The notes: a model not told the origin generated them from the letters alone. DNA of 64,000 bases from Eledone cirrhosa (GCA_964016885.1 OZ024751.1:18600001-18664000); one strand, 5' to 3'. Numbered from the stretch's first letter, positions 1 to 15,143 are shown. Made by a program: numbers and translations.

Positions 1-123
1 CCTCTATTACGCAATTTACACCTGAAGATGTCGCCGGGCTCTTATGCACCCTGTCCACTATGCATAGTGTTTTCCGAAATAAATAATTGAGAAAATTCAA
101 CATTTTAGCTCCCCTGTAATTTT

Positions 124-168
<45 letters not shown>

Positions 169-172
<4 letters not shown>

Positions 173-281
173 ACCAGTAAGACCCCGACAGCTGAGCTCA
201 AGCCGTTTCGACGGCTAATTCTGGAGTATTGAGTACTTTGGTGCGTTATGGTCCACCTGGTTCCTTACCACATTTCCTTCG

Positions 282-284
<3 letters not shown>
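169..284. mobile_element. (TA)n-embedded family B element with internal inversion
   Basis: 169-225 matches 14880-14935 in the same orientation; 225-284 is the reverse complement of 14799-14857; (TA)n on both sides. Confidence 0.7.
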
Positions 285-320
<36 letters not shown>

Positions 321-958
321 TTATCATTGTCATTATGGATATAATTGGAAGGGCTTTTAGTGGCAGAATTGATAGTGCTTCGAACAATTATCCTTAATCT
401 CAATCCCGTTGTTTTATGTCCTGAGTTCAAATCACGCATTCGTCATCTTTGACTTTCATACTTCCTAGCTTGATAAAATAAAATAAAATTCCCTCCACTT
501 ACTACGGTCTTCCCTTCCTCAAAAAATTTCTAACCATGTACATATCTCCATATGTTCCTGTATATATATATGTGTGTGACACTTATCTATCTTTGTGCGT
601 GCGTGCGTACGTTTGTCTGTATTATAAGAGTGAGATTATATGCATTTTAACTTTTATTTACAACGAGCACAGCACATATATCCATATATCCATCTATCTA
701 TCTATCTATGCATGTATATATAGAATGCTTCAAGTAAACTACAAATTCCTCCTGTATATATATATATATTTATATATATATATATACACACACACATATA
801 TGTATATGTATATATGTATATATTTGTAAGTATAAATATATATTTAAACATAAATATATATTTAATGTAGATGCGTATATGTATATATTTGTAAGAATAA
901 AGATATAAATATATATATATTTATTTATTTATATTTACATACATACGTATATATGCGT

Positions 959-1021
<63 letters not shown>

Positions 1022-4000
1022 TGTGTGGGGGTGCGCGTATGTATATGTAATTTTATTGTTATATGTACATATATTTCCTCATGCGTTTATGTGTTCCTTT
1101 GTATATGTTCCGTATATATGTGATTATGTATGACACACACACACACACACACACATCTATTGTGAGACACACAGTCACAGTGACGAAATAACACAGTCAT
1201 TCTATCTTCTTATGTATTCACCTACATATGTATAGAGAGACAGATGTTATTCCAGTGTAGTTAGGACAGCGGCAACTGTCTGGGTCCTTTCATCGTTATC
1301 ATCCTCCTCTCAGCATCAGTTTCCTGGGGGGACGGGAGCAGGGGGTCATACGAAACATCGACTCCCCGAATCCCCTTCCCCCATCGACATACACACTATT
1401 CCATTCTGATCTGATCTGAACTCATAATTACTAACAACGTGGCTACTTACATACATGGACGTACGTCTCGTTAGAAATACAGAATCACAAAATCTCCCTC
1501 GAATCACACCCTTTACTGTCTTTAATATAGCGTGATGGTGGTGATGATTGTGGGTTTTTTGTTGTTTAGCCCCAGATCAACCCTCAACGAGATTATCTAT
1601 TATCAAAGGCGTCACAGCCGTGCTCATTCTGCCTTTACCTTATGTGCAGAGGATTGAGGACCACATTATCTAATGTGTCCTTCCTTTTTTTTCTACATAA
1701 TTCTAGGGATGTTTCTTTATATTTTTAGCAGGTGGACTAACTAAGTGTAGGCTTACTCATTTATTCGTTAAAGGATGAAGGTACATGTTGGTATGAGGAA
1801 AGTATATGTTATATCATATATCATAGAATCTAATGGGAAGATCACAGGAAGATTGTTTTTGATCACGGTCTGTTCAATCTTGTCTGACTTGATGCTAAAC
1901 AACAAACATAACCTCTTATTCGAAATCACTAAACATAATTCCTGTTTAATATAAATTATGCTTTTATCTGTTGTTAAAGCGTCGGATAGACCACCTTGAG
2001 GCATTTGATTACGCCTCCCTACCTTCTTAGTTTAAATCACATTGAGATCAACTTTACCTTTTATCCTTCCAGGGTTGATAAAATAGGTACCAGTCAAATA
2101 CTGGGGGATTGATATATTTGACCTTCAATTTCCCCAACATTGCTGGCCTTGTGCCTCAATTAGAAATAATTGTTAATAACAAAGATTATCAGAGTTGTTT
2201 CAGCATCGAATAGAATGTCTTGAGGCATTTAATTGCGTCTTTCTACAGTTTAATCCCCCCCCCCCCCCCCAACCCCTCGTGTTAACTCTGCCTTTTATCT
2301 TCCCGGAGTTGGTTAAAATCAAATACCAGTCAATCATTTTGGTCGGTTTAACTAGTTTTACCTTCACCACACCCTATCCCGAAAATTAATTGCTGATTAT
2401 GCAAAGGACCAGGTAAACTAGAAATTCTTGTGGCATTGAGAGTTCAAATCCCGAAGGAGCTTAACCTATATATTATCCGGAAGTAAAATGAACCAATACC
2501 AGTTAAATATTAGGTGTTTCATGGAATAATCTATATCGAATAATGCATATTCCACGATAAGTTATGCCTGAAATAAAATAAAATACACACGTGATTAGGG
2601 TGGGTGGGTGTTACTGGGGAAGATGAAACAAATTTGATTGATGATAAGTTTACTCGATTCAGGCTGATCTAGGGTTAAACAGTAACAAAAACAACAAACA
2701 CTACTAACTGTTTACATACACTGACCATAATTGTGTAATCAAAGGAAATATTTATTTTGTAATAGAGAACACAAATAGATAGAATAGTGTGTGTGAGCAT
2801 CCGAAAGAATGCTTATGTGTGTGTGTATGTGTGTGCCTGCATTAATGATTGCATATTTATCTGCGGGAGATTCTCCATGGTCATTTGATCTAGAAGCAGC
2901 AGCCACATCTCCCTCAAATGTTACACATTACTGCGTTAAATAAGCATAGGAGACATAGTACAAAGTATTCTTAGATATATAATTACTCAAACTCAGTTGT
3001 ATGGTCATGACCGGAACGCCTTTTAATCAGGATCAACTAGGAGCTAAAACAACAACAGTGCCAGCAGCAAGCTACTGTATAAATATTGTATTATATGATA
3101 TAAAATAAGCAAATATTAATATATATATATATATATTTTATTTTTTTTTTAAATGGAAAAAAAATGAAAGTAAACCCAATTTATTACAATTAAATTAATT
3201 TATTTCGTTGTCCCACTTAAATGATTGAGCATTTTGTAAACATTAGTGATCTTTCACCCCTGTAATTGATATGTAAACAAGGAAAATGATATAAAAAATA
3301 TATTATAATAATAAAAATAACTATAACAAAAATAATTGTTTTTTTTAATTTGCCACAAGGGCAAATTTAATAATATAATAAAAATTATAAAAATGATAAT
3401 AATAATAACACAAACAACAACAACACAATGGCAAGAAGCAGAAGAACTAGAAGTAAAACGAAACCGCAACCACAAGAATTAAATTTAATTTCTTTCGCTA
3501 TTTTTATTTAATAATCAAATTAGATCTTTTCTATTTAGTTTATTTATTTTATATTATTACATTATATTATATTATTTAGCTTATTTATTTCTTTACATTT
3601 ATTATATTATATATATAATTTGTATTTTAATTTCCACCTTCACCTTCAACGCCACCATCTTCTTCTTTACGCTTTCTTCGCGAATCAATGGGAAGTTTTC
3701 GTTCTAGTTTCTTAAGGGGGTTCCATATGCTTGGAAACAGAGAAATTTCTTTTGATTCCTGACAATATTTCAAAAACAATACATATTTAGTTACTGTTTT
3801 TAGTTTTTTTGTTTTTTTTTTTGTTAATTAGTTTACACATTTCATCCTTGTTTATTAATTATATTCATTATTATAATTTTTTTCTATTTATTTTTAATTA
3901 AAGAAAAGGATTAGAAAAATTAAGGCCGATTTATCATCGTCAAAATATTTCTGACGACAGTGGGCGATAACGATTTCTTTAAGTATATATGTATGTATAT

Positions 4001-4059
4001 AAATTATATATATATATATGTGTATATATATATATATTCAATGTGGTCTACCCTTCGTG

Positions 4060-4096
<37 letters not shown>

Positions 4097-4194
4097 ACGA
4101 AGGGTAGACCAGATTCGTACATGTATGTATATAAATTATATATATATCATGAAATCATTATTGCCCAGTGTATATATATATATATATATATAAT

Positions 4195-4238
<44 letters not shown>

Positions 4239-4664
4239 GAGAGAGAGAGAGAGAGATCCAGGGAGTGTAGCATGAAGTTACTGTGGGTTCACCCAGGTGA
4301 ATACTCGACGTTTAGGTTCACGTCAATAACGAGGTGTAGAGCTACACAAAGTGCAATTAATACAAGGACGATTTATTAATATATAAATTATATATATCTA
4401 TAATGATGATGAAAATGTTAATAAGGTGTTATAAGTGGGATTTAGAAAATACTCGAATGAATCTACTACCTCAATGTATTTCTGGTATATTAATTAATTA
4501 ATGTATTACAAAGATGATGCCCCACCGATTACAATACATACATCTATCCAACCATATATGCTTCCATATGTGCATTTATATATATATATAAATGCACATA
4601 TGTCCCAAGGCTCTGATACCATCAACACTATACACACAGAGCTGGCATATCTAAGAACTGACTA

Positions 4665-4720
4665 ACTGCCTGATGAGGTCATAGCCATTCAATGGCTATC
4701 ATCGAAATATATATAGCAGT
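4665..4720 (+). ncRNA. Minimal type I hammerhead ribozyme motif, canonical core
   Basis: Stem I actgc/gcagt; CTGATGA 4670-4676; stem II ggtcatagccat-tca-atggctatcatc with closing G-C; GAAA 4704-4707; stem III A-U and U-A with palindromic loop ATAT; cleavage triplet AUA (A4715); AATAAA follows. Confidence 0.8.
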
Positions 4721-5011
4721 AAATAAAGGATTATGAGTTCATGCAATTGACTTATGATTCGTCACTATAAATATTTATATATATTTATATATATATATAT
4801 ATATTTATTAAAATAACAGATTAAAGTTTAAGCAAAGAATCGGTGCTTAAATTTATTATTATTACTATATATATAGCAGTAGAACACTAGTGGTTTCTAT
4901 CCGTAGTAGTAGAGCACTCAGTCCATGGGACGAGTTTGTAAGTAGTTCCACAACAGTTAGTTCACCATTACTGACAACAATTGTTTCACCTTATTCGGAT
5001 CATCAGCTCGG

Positions 5012-5050
<39 letters not shown>

Positions 5051-5184
5051 TAGCAACATTTTTTCATGAGAAATCGTGTGATATTTCTGTTATTTGGGTG
5101 GGTCATACCTCCTATAAATGACACTTAAAAAACCATACCGTTATTAAACCCACAAACACATCATATATATAAATAAATACATGG

Positions 5185-5268
<84 letters not shown>

Positions 5269-5377
5269 CGCATACGGTGTGTGTTTATACATAGATGTAT
5301 AATGAATTAAAATAAAAGCTCGGAGTAACTTCATAAATGGCTCCAGCCGAATAATTTTATATATATGTGTGTGTGTG

Positions 5378-5491
<114 letters not shown>

Positions 5492-5706
5492 TGTTGACTA
5501 AACCCTGCGCTACCAGCGGTTTCAAGTTGAGAGCCCGTCTAGATCATCAGGTTCAATTTGTTCTAATATTCCCAAATGCCTTCGAACCACTGATAAGTCA
5601 AATTGTTGATATAAGTAATCAAATTTCACAGTATGTGTTCATGGGTTTTTTTATTCCCTTTCTGCCGATAAATGTACACACACACACGCACACGCACACG
5701 CACACG

Positions 5707-5738
<32 letters not shown>

Positions 5739-6349
5739 ATGTGTGTGTTTGTATGTATGTGCATGTGTGTTTGAAGGAGTGGTTGTGTGTTAGAGACAAC
5801 AGGTGTCAAAAGTCAAATCTGTTCAGCATAGAACTAAATCCCCCCACCTGACTCCCAATGTCAATAGTACTGATGTTTCGGTTCAAATTCATTAATCAGC
5901 TCAATTTCTCAAATCGTAGCTCAAATTTTTTCAACGATGGCGGATTACTTTAGATTGAAGTTCAAATTGATTATGTTCTTAGTAAATTAAAAATATATAA
6001 GAATTGAATATAGATCTTTGCAAATTTACTTATTTGATATATATATACATTTAGTGATATTGATATTCTATAGGAATCTTTCATTGAAAATTTTAAAGTA
6101 GCACATTACCTTTGTAAAAGAACCCCGCTTGTCATTATACTTACACTCCATTCCATTTCTATTGAAAAGGGGACCATAAACCCGAAATATTATGAAGTGT
6201 AAACGTTTCTTTATTTAGTTTACCGTACTTCGCTCTAATTTAAATTCTTACATTTCTTAACTTATTTTGTAATGGTTGTACTCACAATCAGATCTAAACG
6301 CAATGCTTCATATAAAATAATAATTATTTCTAAAATTGAGGAAGAGGAA

Positions 6350-6510
6350 TCATTAATAATTTGACCCCACTACTTAAATTGTATCGACCCTGGAAGAATG
6401 AAAGCAAAGTTGACCCCATCGGTATTTGAAATCAGAATATAGAAAGTCGTATTGAAATACTGCAAAGCATTTTGCCCTATGCTTTATTGATACTGCCAGT
6501 CTACTGTCCT
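6350..6510 (-). mobile_element. Diverged SINE family A copy (other old copies at about 360-485, 1960-2170, 2210-2400, 33205-33430, 38195-38425, 43955-44105, 58040-58145, 63640-63775)
   Basis: Recognisable atcgaccc..gaatgaaagcaaagttgacc..atttgaa..cagaa..tactgcca segments. Confidence 0.65.
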
Positions 6511-6723
6511 TCAATGAAAAATAATAGCGTTCAGTCATGTAAAATAGCGCAGTGTGTATCCGATAACATACTTATTTGTTAATATAGTACTCAATATTCA
6601 AACTCATTGCTTCCAGCACATGAGGGATTTGGTGTGCATACATGATTCTAAATATGTAAAACTATCCCCATTTTACAGGATTTAGCTATCTATTCACACA
6701 CACACACACACACACGCACGCAC

Positions 6724-6816
<93 letters not shown>

Positions 6817-6821
6817 CACAG

Positions 6822-6855
<34 letters not shown>

Positions 6856-7179
6856 GTATTTGTGTGTAATTTGAAAACTAGCAGATTGATATATTCATGT
6901 GTACGCAAAAATATGTAAATTTCTACACACATACGCATATACACAAACATACATATTCTAATGTATTTCTCGTCTCTTTTAAAATTTCGTTTTTGTATTC
7001 TACCAAGTTAATTAATTTAAATAAATTTATAATATACAATCTAAACATCTAATTAATAATTATTCACTTATTTCTGTTATAATTACATGAAAATATGATA
7101 ATATATTTCTGAATATATTTACTAAATATGTTTTTATGAATCTTATTTTAATACACACACACACACATACACACATATA

Positions 7180-7212
<33 letters not shown>

Positions 7213-7266
7213 TTTAATCTTTTACCTGTTCCACCCATCCGGCTGAGGTCATACTGGGGCACCGCC

Positions 7267-7300
<34 letters not shown>

Positions 7301-7435
7301 ATGTATGTTCCTGTCCCACCCTTGCAAGCAGGGAAAAAGCGGACGTAAAATGAAATGAAAAATGAATGAAATATATGTGTGTGTGTGTGTATATGTTTAT
7401 ATATTTATGTATGTATTTATATATATATGTATATA

Positions 7436-7487
7436 CCTAATTTGTAACTCATAATTTCATAAGTGTCTTTATTCTTTCGTTCCACAG
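7436..7487 (+). promoter_or_regulatory. 3' splice site: putative branch point (cctaat), pyrimidine tract and AG
   Basis: cctaat at 7436-7441, pyrimidine-rich 7466-7485 and CAG at 7485-7487, directly before the Islet exon. Confidence 0.7.
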
Positions 7488-7677
7488 AAAAACGGCGAGT
7501 ATCAATGTGTGTGGGGTGTGGCTCGCAGATACATGATCAGTATATACTTCGGGTGGCCCCTGATTTAGAGTGGCATGCAGCATGCCTAAAGTGTGCGGAT
7601 TGCGAACAATACTTGGATGAAACTTGTACATGTTTTGTGAGGGACGGTAAAACATACTGCAAAAGAGATTACGTAAG
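7488..7677 (+). CDS. isl: Internal coding exon of an Islet-class LIM-homeodomain transcription factor, encoding LIM domain 1 (equivalent to vertebrate ISL1 exon 2)
   Basis: Translates (x)[63 protein letters not shown], nearly identical to the ISL1/tailup LIM1 sequence as I recall it. Acceptor tctttattctttcgttccacAG ends at 7487; donor AG|GTAAGT at 7678; length 190 nt, phase 1 in, phase 2 out. Confidence 0.97.
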
Positions 7678-7783
7678 GTAAGTGATCCTCAACATATATA
7701 TTTTATTTCTTGAGAAAACATGGAGCTAGACAGAAGCTCTTCCAGTAGCAAATTACCTGATTTAGTCGACTATTTGTTTAATT

Positions 7784-7972
7784 GCGGTGAATTGGCAGTA
7801 TCGGTAGAGGGTCGGACGCCATGCTTTCCAGCATAGTTACGTCCCTTTACGATCTGAGTTCAAATCCCGCCGAGGTTAACTTTGCCTTTCATCCTTACGG
7901 GGTCGATAAAATAAAGTACCAGTAATGCACTGGGTAATTGCTGGCCTTGTGCCTAAAGTAGAAACAATTATT
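7784..7972 (+). mobile_element. tRNA-derived SINE, family A (near full length)
   Basis: A box tggcagtatcgg, B box gagttcaaatcc, body gcctttcatccttacggggtcgataaaataaagtaccag, tail gctggccttgtgcctaaagtagaaacaattatt; about 20 copies in the window. Confidence 0.9.
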
Positions 7973-8368
7973 CTTTGTGACAGATTTTTATGATAAAAGT
8001 AAATAGTTTCAAATTCTGAAACTTTTCCCAATATTTTCGTGAATTTAACGGTTTGAGTGTGTGTATGTGTGTGTATAAATATATATACATATATATATGT
8101 ACACACACATATATATATATATATATTGTGTTTGTGTGTGAGGATATATATATATATATATAATAGTAGTAGTGGTAATTACAAAAACCAATATCCAGGG
8201 AAAGGGTTGTGTGTGTATATATATAAAGTATATATAAGTATATATAAAGTATATATAAACACGTAGACCAAATATTTATCATTAGCAAAGATTAACAGTT
8301 TAAGCAAACAATTTCTGCTTTCACCAATAAATTTTTAGTCTATGATAATACACACACACACACTCACA

Positions 8369-8421
<53 letters not shown>

Positions 8422-8696
8422 TAAAATTACAGTGAACTTAAAAAAATAGTATAATGGGGAAGGAATCCTGGGGGAAAAAAATGAACGCTTGAGCGACGAA
8501 ATAAATGAGCTACGTCTTTTTCCGTTCTGATTTCAAATTTCCCTCGCTTCCATTTTGTCTTTCATCATCCATTCAGTCTGCTTAAAAATAATTAGTATTA
8601 CGCAGTTGCATTGTGTTTTCTTTTGTGTTGTGTTTTTGATATGTCATTATATACTTTTAATGTGTACTGATATATTTATGTGTATGTATGTAGAAT

Positions 8697-8748
<52 letters not shown>

Positions 8749-9470
8749 ATTTTACATGCATACACATAATTATATATATACATGCCAACACAAGAGCAAG
8801 AATGAAGTAACATGGCTATAAAAATGAGGCTTGTTTGCATAATTGCAAACGAATCGAATGTTATGATTAATATTCGAAAAACTCAGATTACATTTATTGT
8901 ATTCAGCGAAAATTTTCTTTATATATATATATATATATATATATTTATTTATTTATGTATGTATTTGTGTGTGTAGAAATGAACCTGTGTATATAAACAA
9001 ATATACACACGTATATATAATATATGCATATATTTATACAGACACATTTGCAGATTATAACACACATACATATATGCACACACACAAACACACATGCATA
9101 TGCAAGCAAACATCAATTGTATTAGTACCCGTTGGACAAACAAACTGACAATTTGGCGTGTGCATAGACACACACACATACACATATATATATATATATA
9201 AAGTTCAAGGAAACGACAAAACAAAACAGAGGTTCAAAATTCTTATTAGTTTCACGCTTTATATGGGAAAGGAGCAAGAATGTTCGACGTGTCAGGCTTT
9301 AGCCCTTCTTCAGAAGTACACAAATAGAGACAGGGTCACATAAAATAAAAGGTGATCCAATTAGAAAATGTATATATATATATATATGTTTGTCTGTCTG
9401 ATGTTCGCTAAGTTGTTCCCATAGGCGGTATGCCGGTTGAGCACTCTATGCTCTTGAAAAGCAGAGTATG

Positions 9471-9740
9471 ATATAATAGAAAACGAAAAATCAGTGATGA
9501 ATCTGAACTCAACTTATTGTGTGTTACAATTGTTTCACCGGCGGACAGCTCGAGACACGATCATTGTGTGGATCTGTCTGATTCTGGACCCGCAGGTTCG
9601 ACGGACACGTCTAATGATTTCGGAGCATATTCTCTCACACCTGCGGGTCCAGAATCAGACAGATCCACACAATGATCGCGTCTCGAGCTGTCCGCTGGCG
9701 AATAAATTGAGTTCAGATGCATCACTGATTTTTCGTTTTT

Positions 9741-9748
<8 letters not shown>
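9471..9748. repeat. Long inverted repeat (arms about 110-125 bp, spacer about 40 nt)
   Basis: 9471-9597 is the reverse complement of 9639-9748 with few mismatches and one indel of about 20 nt; abuts (TA)n. Confidence 0.9.
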
Positions 9749-9838
<90 letters not shown>

Positions 9839-10264
9839 ATACATTCTTTTAAACTGTTTTTAAAAACATAAATGTGTTCTTCTCATAGATGATCTATGAG
9901 TTACATGTAGCTTGCTTGGAACAGTAGGGTTTCAAGACCTTCCACGCTCCATCTTCTGCATAATATAGTGTTGACGTATATTGCAGTTTCTGTATAGTAG
10001 GTATGGCATGAAAAATTTGATTGGTGTAAACAATACCGCTAAATTTTGAATTTTACTACATAGGTATATACGTCATCAGTCATGTGATATATATTTGCTT
10101 CTGACTCAGTATGTGTGCTTATAGAAGCATTGTGCTGTGTTGTTTTCATCCTAAAACAGTTTTATTTTTTATTTACTCGCATGGGAACAATGTAGAGATC
10201 AAATGTGTTGTTCACTGCGCGTATTATATATATATATATATATACATAAATATGTATGCTTTAT

Positions 10265-10404
<140 letters not shown>

Positions 10405-10457
10405 CACACACACAAACATATATATATACACACACACATGCATATATATATGCATTT

Positions 10458-10641
10458 GGATTGGCAGTATCGGTAGAGGGTCGGACGCCATGCTTTCCAG
10501 CATAATTACGTCCCTTTATGATCTGAGTTCAAATCCCGCCGAGATTGACTTTGCCTTTCATCCTTACGGGGTCGATAACATAAAGTACCAGTAATACACT
10601 GGGTAATTGGTGGCCTTGTGTCTAAAGTAGAAACAATTATT
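10458..10641 (+). mobile_element. SINE family A
   Basis: Highly similar to 7784-7972. Confidence 0.9.
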
Positions 10642-11831
10642 ATATATATATATATATTCATGTGTATATGTATATATCTATATACATATATATGTGTATA
10701 TATATATTAATATTTATATATAAAAACCTGCCAGACAGTCCTATGCGAGCAAGACAATCACTCTTGCCTCAAGTGGGACTACCCCCGTCCAAACCCATGC
10801 AAGCGTGGAACACGGACGTTAAACGTTGATGATAATGATGATGATGATGTAAATATATATACATATATATGTGTGTGTGTACGTTCATGAACCGTTATAT
10901 GAAAATTCTAACAAATGCCGTCGAATACATACAGAGCTAGAGAGAGAGGCGTCTGTGTACACAGACATCACAATGGAAACAGAAGCAATGTCAAATATTA
11001 GTTTTGTCTCTGAGACAATAACATAGAGGTGACTTTACAAATTAATGGGTTTTCTGGATAAACACATACAGCACACACGGGCATCTACCCACACAGACTT
11101 TTGAATTAAAAGACACACGTAAGCAGGCACACTCATATAAGGAAAAATTCCTAATGTAGTTTATAATTGAGTATACAGCATACACACTTGTACATCTACA
11201 TACAGGGATAAATATATATAAACAAGGTTTAGTAAATAATGAAAAAGTTTCAAAATAAATTTTAAAAAATTGACTTTACCTACTATAGTTATTTTGAAAC
11301 TTTTTCATTATTTACTAAACCTTGTTTATATTTGTTCTGGCTCGTTAATTTATTAACCCGCCATTGAACCACATTGGCATTTGGTTGGACAATACATGCG
11401 TACCTTGGCGCCTTGTGCGTGAAGGAACGTATTTCATATTACTACAGGGATATATAGTCAGACGCATACTGATATTTCTGTGGATATATATATATATATA
11501 TATATATTTGGTTTCTGTAACTGTCGTTCGCCACCACCACCTCACTCTCAAGAGCGTGAAACTAATAAACCTTTGTTCGTACTGCCTCTCTGTTTTGTTC
11601 CTGTTCAATTTTTCACTATAAATATATTTATATATATATATATATATGCAAAAGTTTTATTTAAAATTGTTGGGTTACAACGAGTAAATATTTTATAACT
11701 GATATAAAGCACTCAACAAGTTTTGGAGTAGATATACGATATTAAATAAATGGAAACTATATTTATAAAACCATATTTATTTCATTATACATATTTCAGG
11801 GATACCATATTAGAAATATATATATATATAA

Positions 11832-12061
11832 TAGTAATAATAATAAAGTGAAGACTAAAATCCAAAGAGGACTCGATAAGGATAAATATATATCAAATAT
11901 ATAAGAACCCTAGAGCAAATATTTATTAAAATAACAGATTAAAGTTTAAGCAAAGAATCACTGCTTTCACCCTTAACGGGATTTTCTGAAAGCTTCAGAA
12001 GATCCCGTTAAGAGTGAAAGCAGCTATTCTTTGCTTAATCTTTAATCTGTTGTTTTAATAT
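11832..12061. mobile_element. (TA)n-embedded fold-back element, family C (Penelope-like pLTR remnant)
   Basis: Shares gaagactaaaatccaaagag and tattaaaataacagattaaagtttaagcaaagaatc with 4805-4868, 17468-17520, 23185-23365, 23589-23692 and 24490-24585; palindrome centred near 11992. Confidence 0.65.
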
Positions 12062-12062
12062 A

Positions 12063-12103
<41 letters not shown>

Positions 12104-12484
12104 TATATTTATATACTACATTATATATATAAACTACACATTATATATGTATATATATAATGTGCCGGGGGTAAACCAGAGCTAAAGAAGATTCTCAATA
12201 CATAGGTAGAGTATAGGGCACTTCATTATATATCGAAATGAATAGTAGATGACGAGTACAGTTTCATTCATACGAAAGAAACAGTGCATTTTTTTGTATA
12301 TATGTATATATATTACACAATAAAGAACACCTTATAATTATTCCATTAATTAAATACCTCTCTTTTATACATAGAGCACTCTTCTTTCTTTTACCATTTC
12401 TACGGAAATACTTAACATATATGTATGTGTGTGTGTATGTATATATACATATATGTATGTGTGTATGTATATATATATATATGT

Positions 12485-12529
<45 letters not shown>

Positions 12530-13033
12530 CACATATATGTATACATATTTATTTGTGTGTGCAAGTCTTATATATATTTATATTATATTCTATTATATTA
12601 TACTATATTATATTATAATATATATATATATATATGATATTCGTAGAATGTCAACAAAGTGTAAACTCAATATAATTTATAAAGTCATCTTTTGATGTCA
12701 GAGTGAATTGTGCCGCTATTTTCACACCTTCGTCTGCATTTACGTACCATTTCGGTCACGCCTTTACGAACACACGCACATGTATACTATAGATAGACAG
12801 ATGAATAAATATATAGATATGTGTGTGCGTGTGTGTGTGTGTCTAGATATACATTGAAGGAGTATGTGTTTCTTCATAGCCAAACTACTTTGAATATACA
12901 TAGATTACTTATATGCCCATGTGTACACGTTATATGCACGCAAACACACATTTAAAAACAGTACACACATATAACTTAATATAAATCATCTCTCGCTCTC
13001 TCTATATATATATACACACACACACATGTATAT

Positions 13034-13142
<109 letters not shown>

Positions 13143-13205
13143 CACATATACACATATATACACATTCATATATATATATACACACACTCAAGTATATATA
13201 ACTCC

Positions 13206-13252
<47 letters not shown>

Positions 13253-13299
13253 TACACATTCATATATATATATACACACACTCAAATATATATAACTCC

Positions 13300-13354
<55 letters not shown>

Positions 13355-13785
13355 TACATATATACATACATACACACACACTCACACAAATGTATGAAAA
13401 TCCATTTATATATATATATACATATATAGATGAATTTATATACATTTGTATATATATATATATATATTATATATATATATATATATTTATATATACACAA
13501 AATGTATATAAATCCATATGTATGAGTATTATATCTGTGTGTGTGTATTGGTTAATAAATGCCTGTGCACTCTGTTGCGTGTTTTCGTGCCTGTCTATTG
13601 TATTACCACAGTAGAATCGTCCGCCTCAATTGCAGCATACTTAGCAAGCCTCACTAGAGTGGTTTTACAGACGTGTCAGCGCATTGCGCTTCCCATACAC
13701 TCTCTACATTGACACACACACACACACACAGATATACTTCTATGCAACTATCTATCTATCTATCTATATATATATATCTGTGTAT

Positions 13786-13827
<42 letters not shown>

Positions 13828-13910
13828 ATATATATATAAGATTACTGCTTATGTATTATCGTATTCAATATACAAAATTGATCACCTCCAGCTTTTATAT
13901 TATAGGCAAT

Positions 13911-13953
<43 letters not shown>

Positions 13954-14092
13954 GTGTGTGTGTGTATATATGTATATGTGTGTGTGTGTATATATATATA
14001 TATGTGTGTGTGTATATATATGTGTGTGTGTGTATATATATATGTGTGTGTGTGTGTGTATATATATATATGTGTGTGTATATATATATATA

Positions 14093-14141
<49 letters not shown>

Positions 14142-14186
14142 ATATATATGCATGTATATAAGCGTGTGTATATATATATTTATATA

Positions 14187-14235
<49 letters not shown>

Positions 14236-14755
14236 AAAGATGATAGACAGATATAGATGTATGTATAGAGGACTTTTAAATAGGTTATATCATCGAAACA
14301 ATGATAAAAAAAATTAATTACATGTGTAAGCTATTACTCTAGGGTTAACCCTGAAGAGAAATGAACCTGTCTTCGTGACGTCACCAGACAGGTGATCCTC
14401 TGTGTGTCGAGTTTCAGATTACCACGTGATTGTATGTACATTGATATCAATTCATAACATATTTCGGGGTTCGAATTTCAGTTGCCGATCGATGCCTAAG
14501 GTTAATCGATGGATAGGTTAGCGAGAAGGCAAACCACCAACCAGGCAGCCTGTAAGATAGACAGGAAAACAAATAGATGATTGTGGGGGAGGAGGACTGT
14601 AATGCGGGTTGACTGATATATGCAGGTAGATGAGTGCGACTGGTTGTGCGAGGGTTGTGGGTAGGAAGGAAGTTAGGTAGGTAAGAAAGCGGTTAACCTA
14701 CTTGGTATTTATGCATATACATACATATGTATGTACAATCATACATATACATATT

Positions 14756-14798
<43 letters not shown>

Positions 14799-14800
<2 letters not shown>

Positions 14801-14937
14801 CGAAGGAAATGTGGTAAGGAACCAGGTGGACCATAACGCACCAAAGTACTCAATACTTGAGGTAGTAGAGTGGGTAATAGGAACGAGTAAGACCCCGACA
14901 GCTGAGCTCAAGCCGTTTCGACGGCTAATTCTGGACT
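14799..14937 (-). mobile_element. Family B element (3' half of a hammerhead, TATTGAGTAC box, TA tail)
   Basis: Minus strand reads GAAAcggcttgagctcagctGTCggggtc...tattgagtactttggtgcgttatggtccacctggttccttaccac(TA)n; six copies in the window. Confidence 0.7.
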
Positions 14938-14939
14938 AA

Positions 14940-15006
14940 AATGTATATATATATATATATAAACATAAATGTGTACCTATATATATATATATAGGTACAC
15001 ATTTAT

Positions 15007-15052
<46 letters not shown>

Positions 15053-15090
15053 ATAAATGTGTACTTATATATATATAGGTACACATTTAT

Positions 15091-15143
<53 letters not shown>

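Noticed and set aside
7463-7487. ORF-track N-terminus (MSLFFRST) as the Islet start
   Set aside because: It is a GTG within the intronic pyrimidine tract; homology begins after the AG at 7487.
11690-11790. Possible hammerhead in the element shared with 20400-20475
   Set aside because: Core reads CTGATAT and the UH register does not fit; at most a decayed relic.
14345-14420. CTGAAGA followed by hairpin acctgtct/agacaggt as a hammerhead
   Set aside because: No GAAA after the hairpin and no closing stem I.
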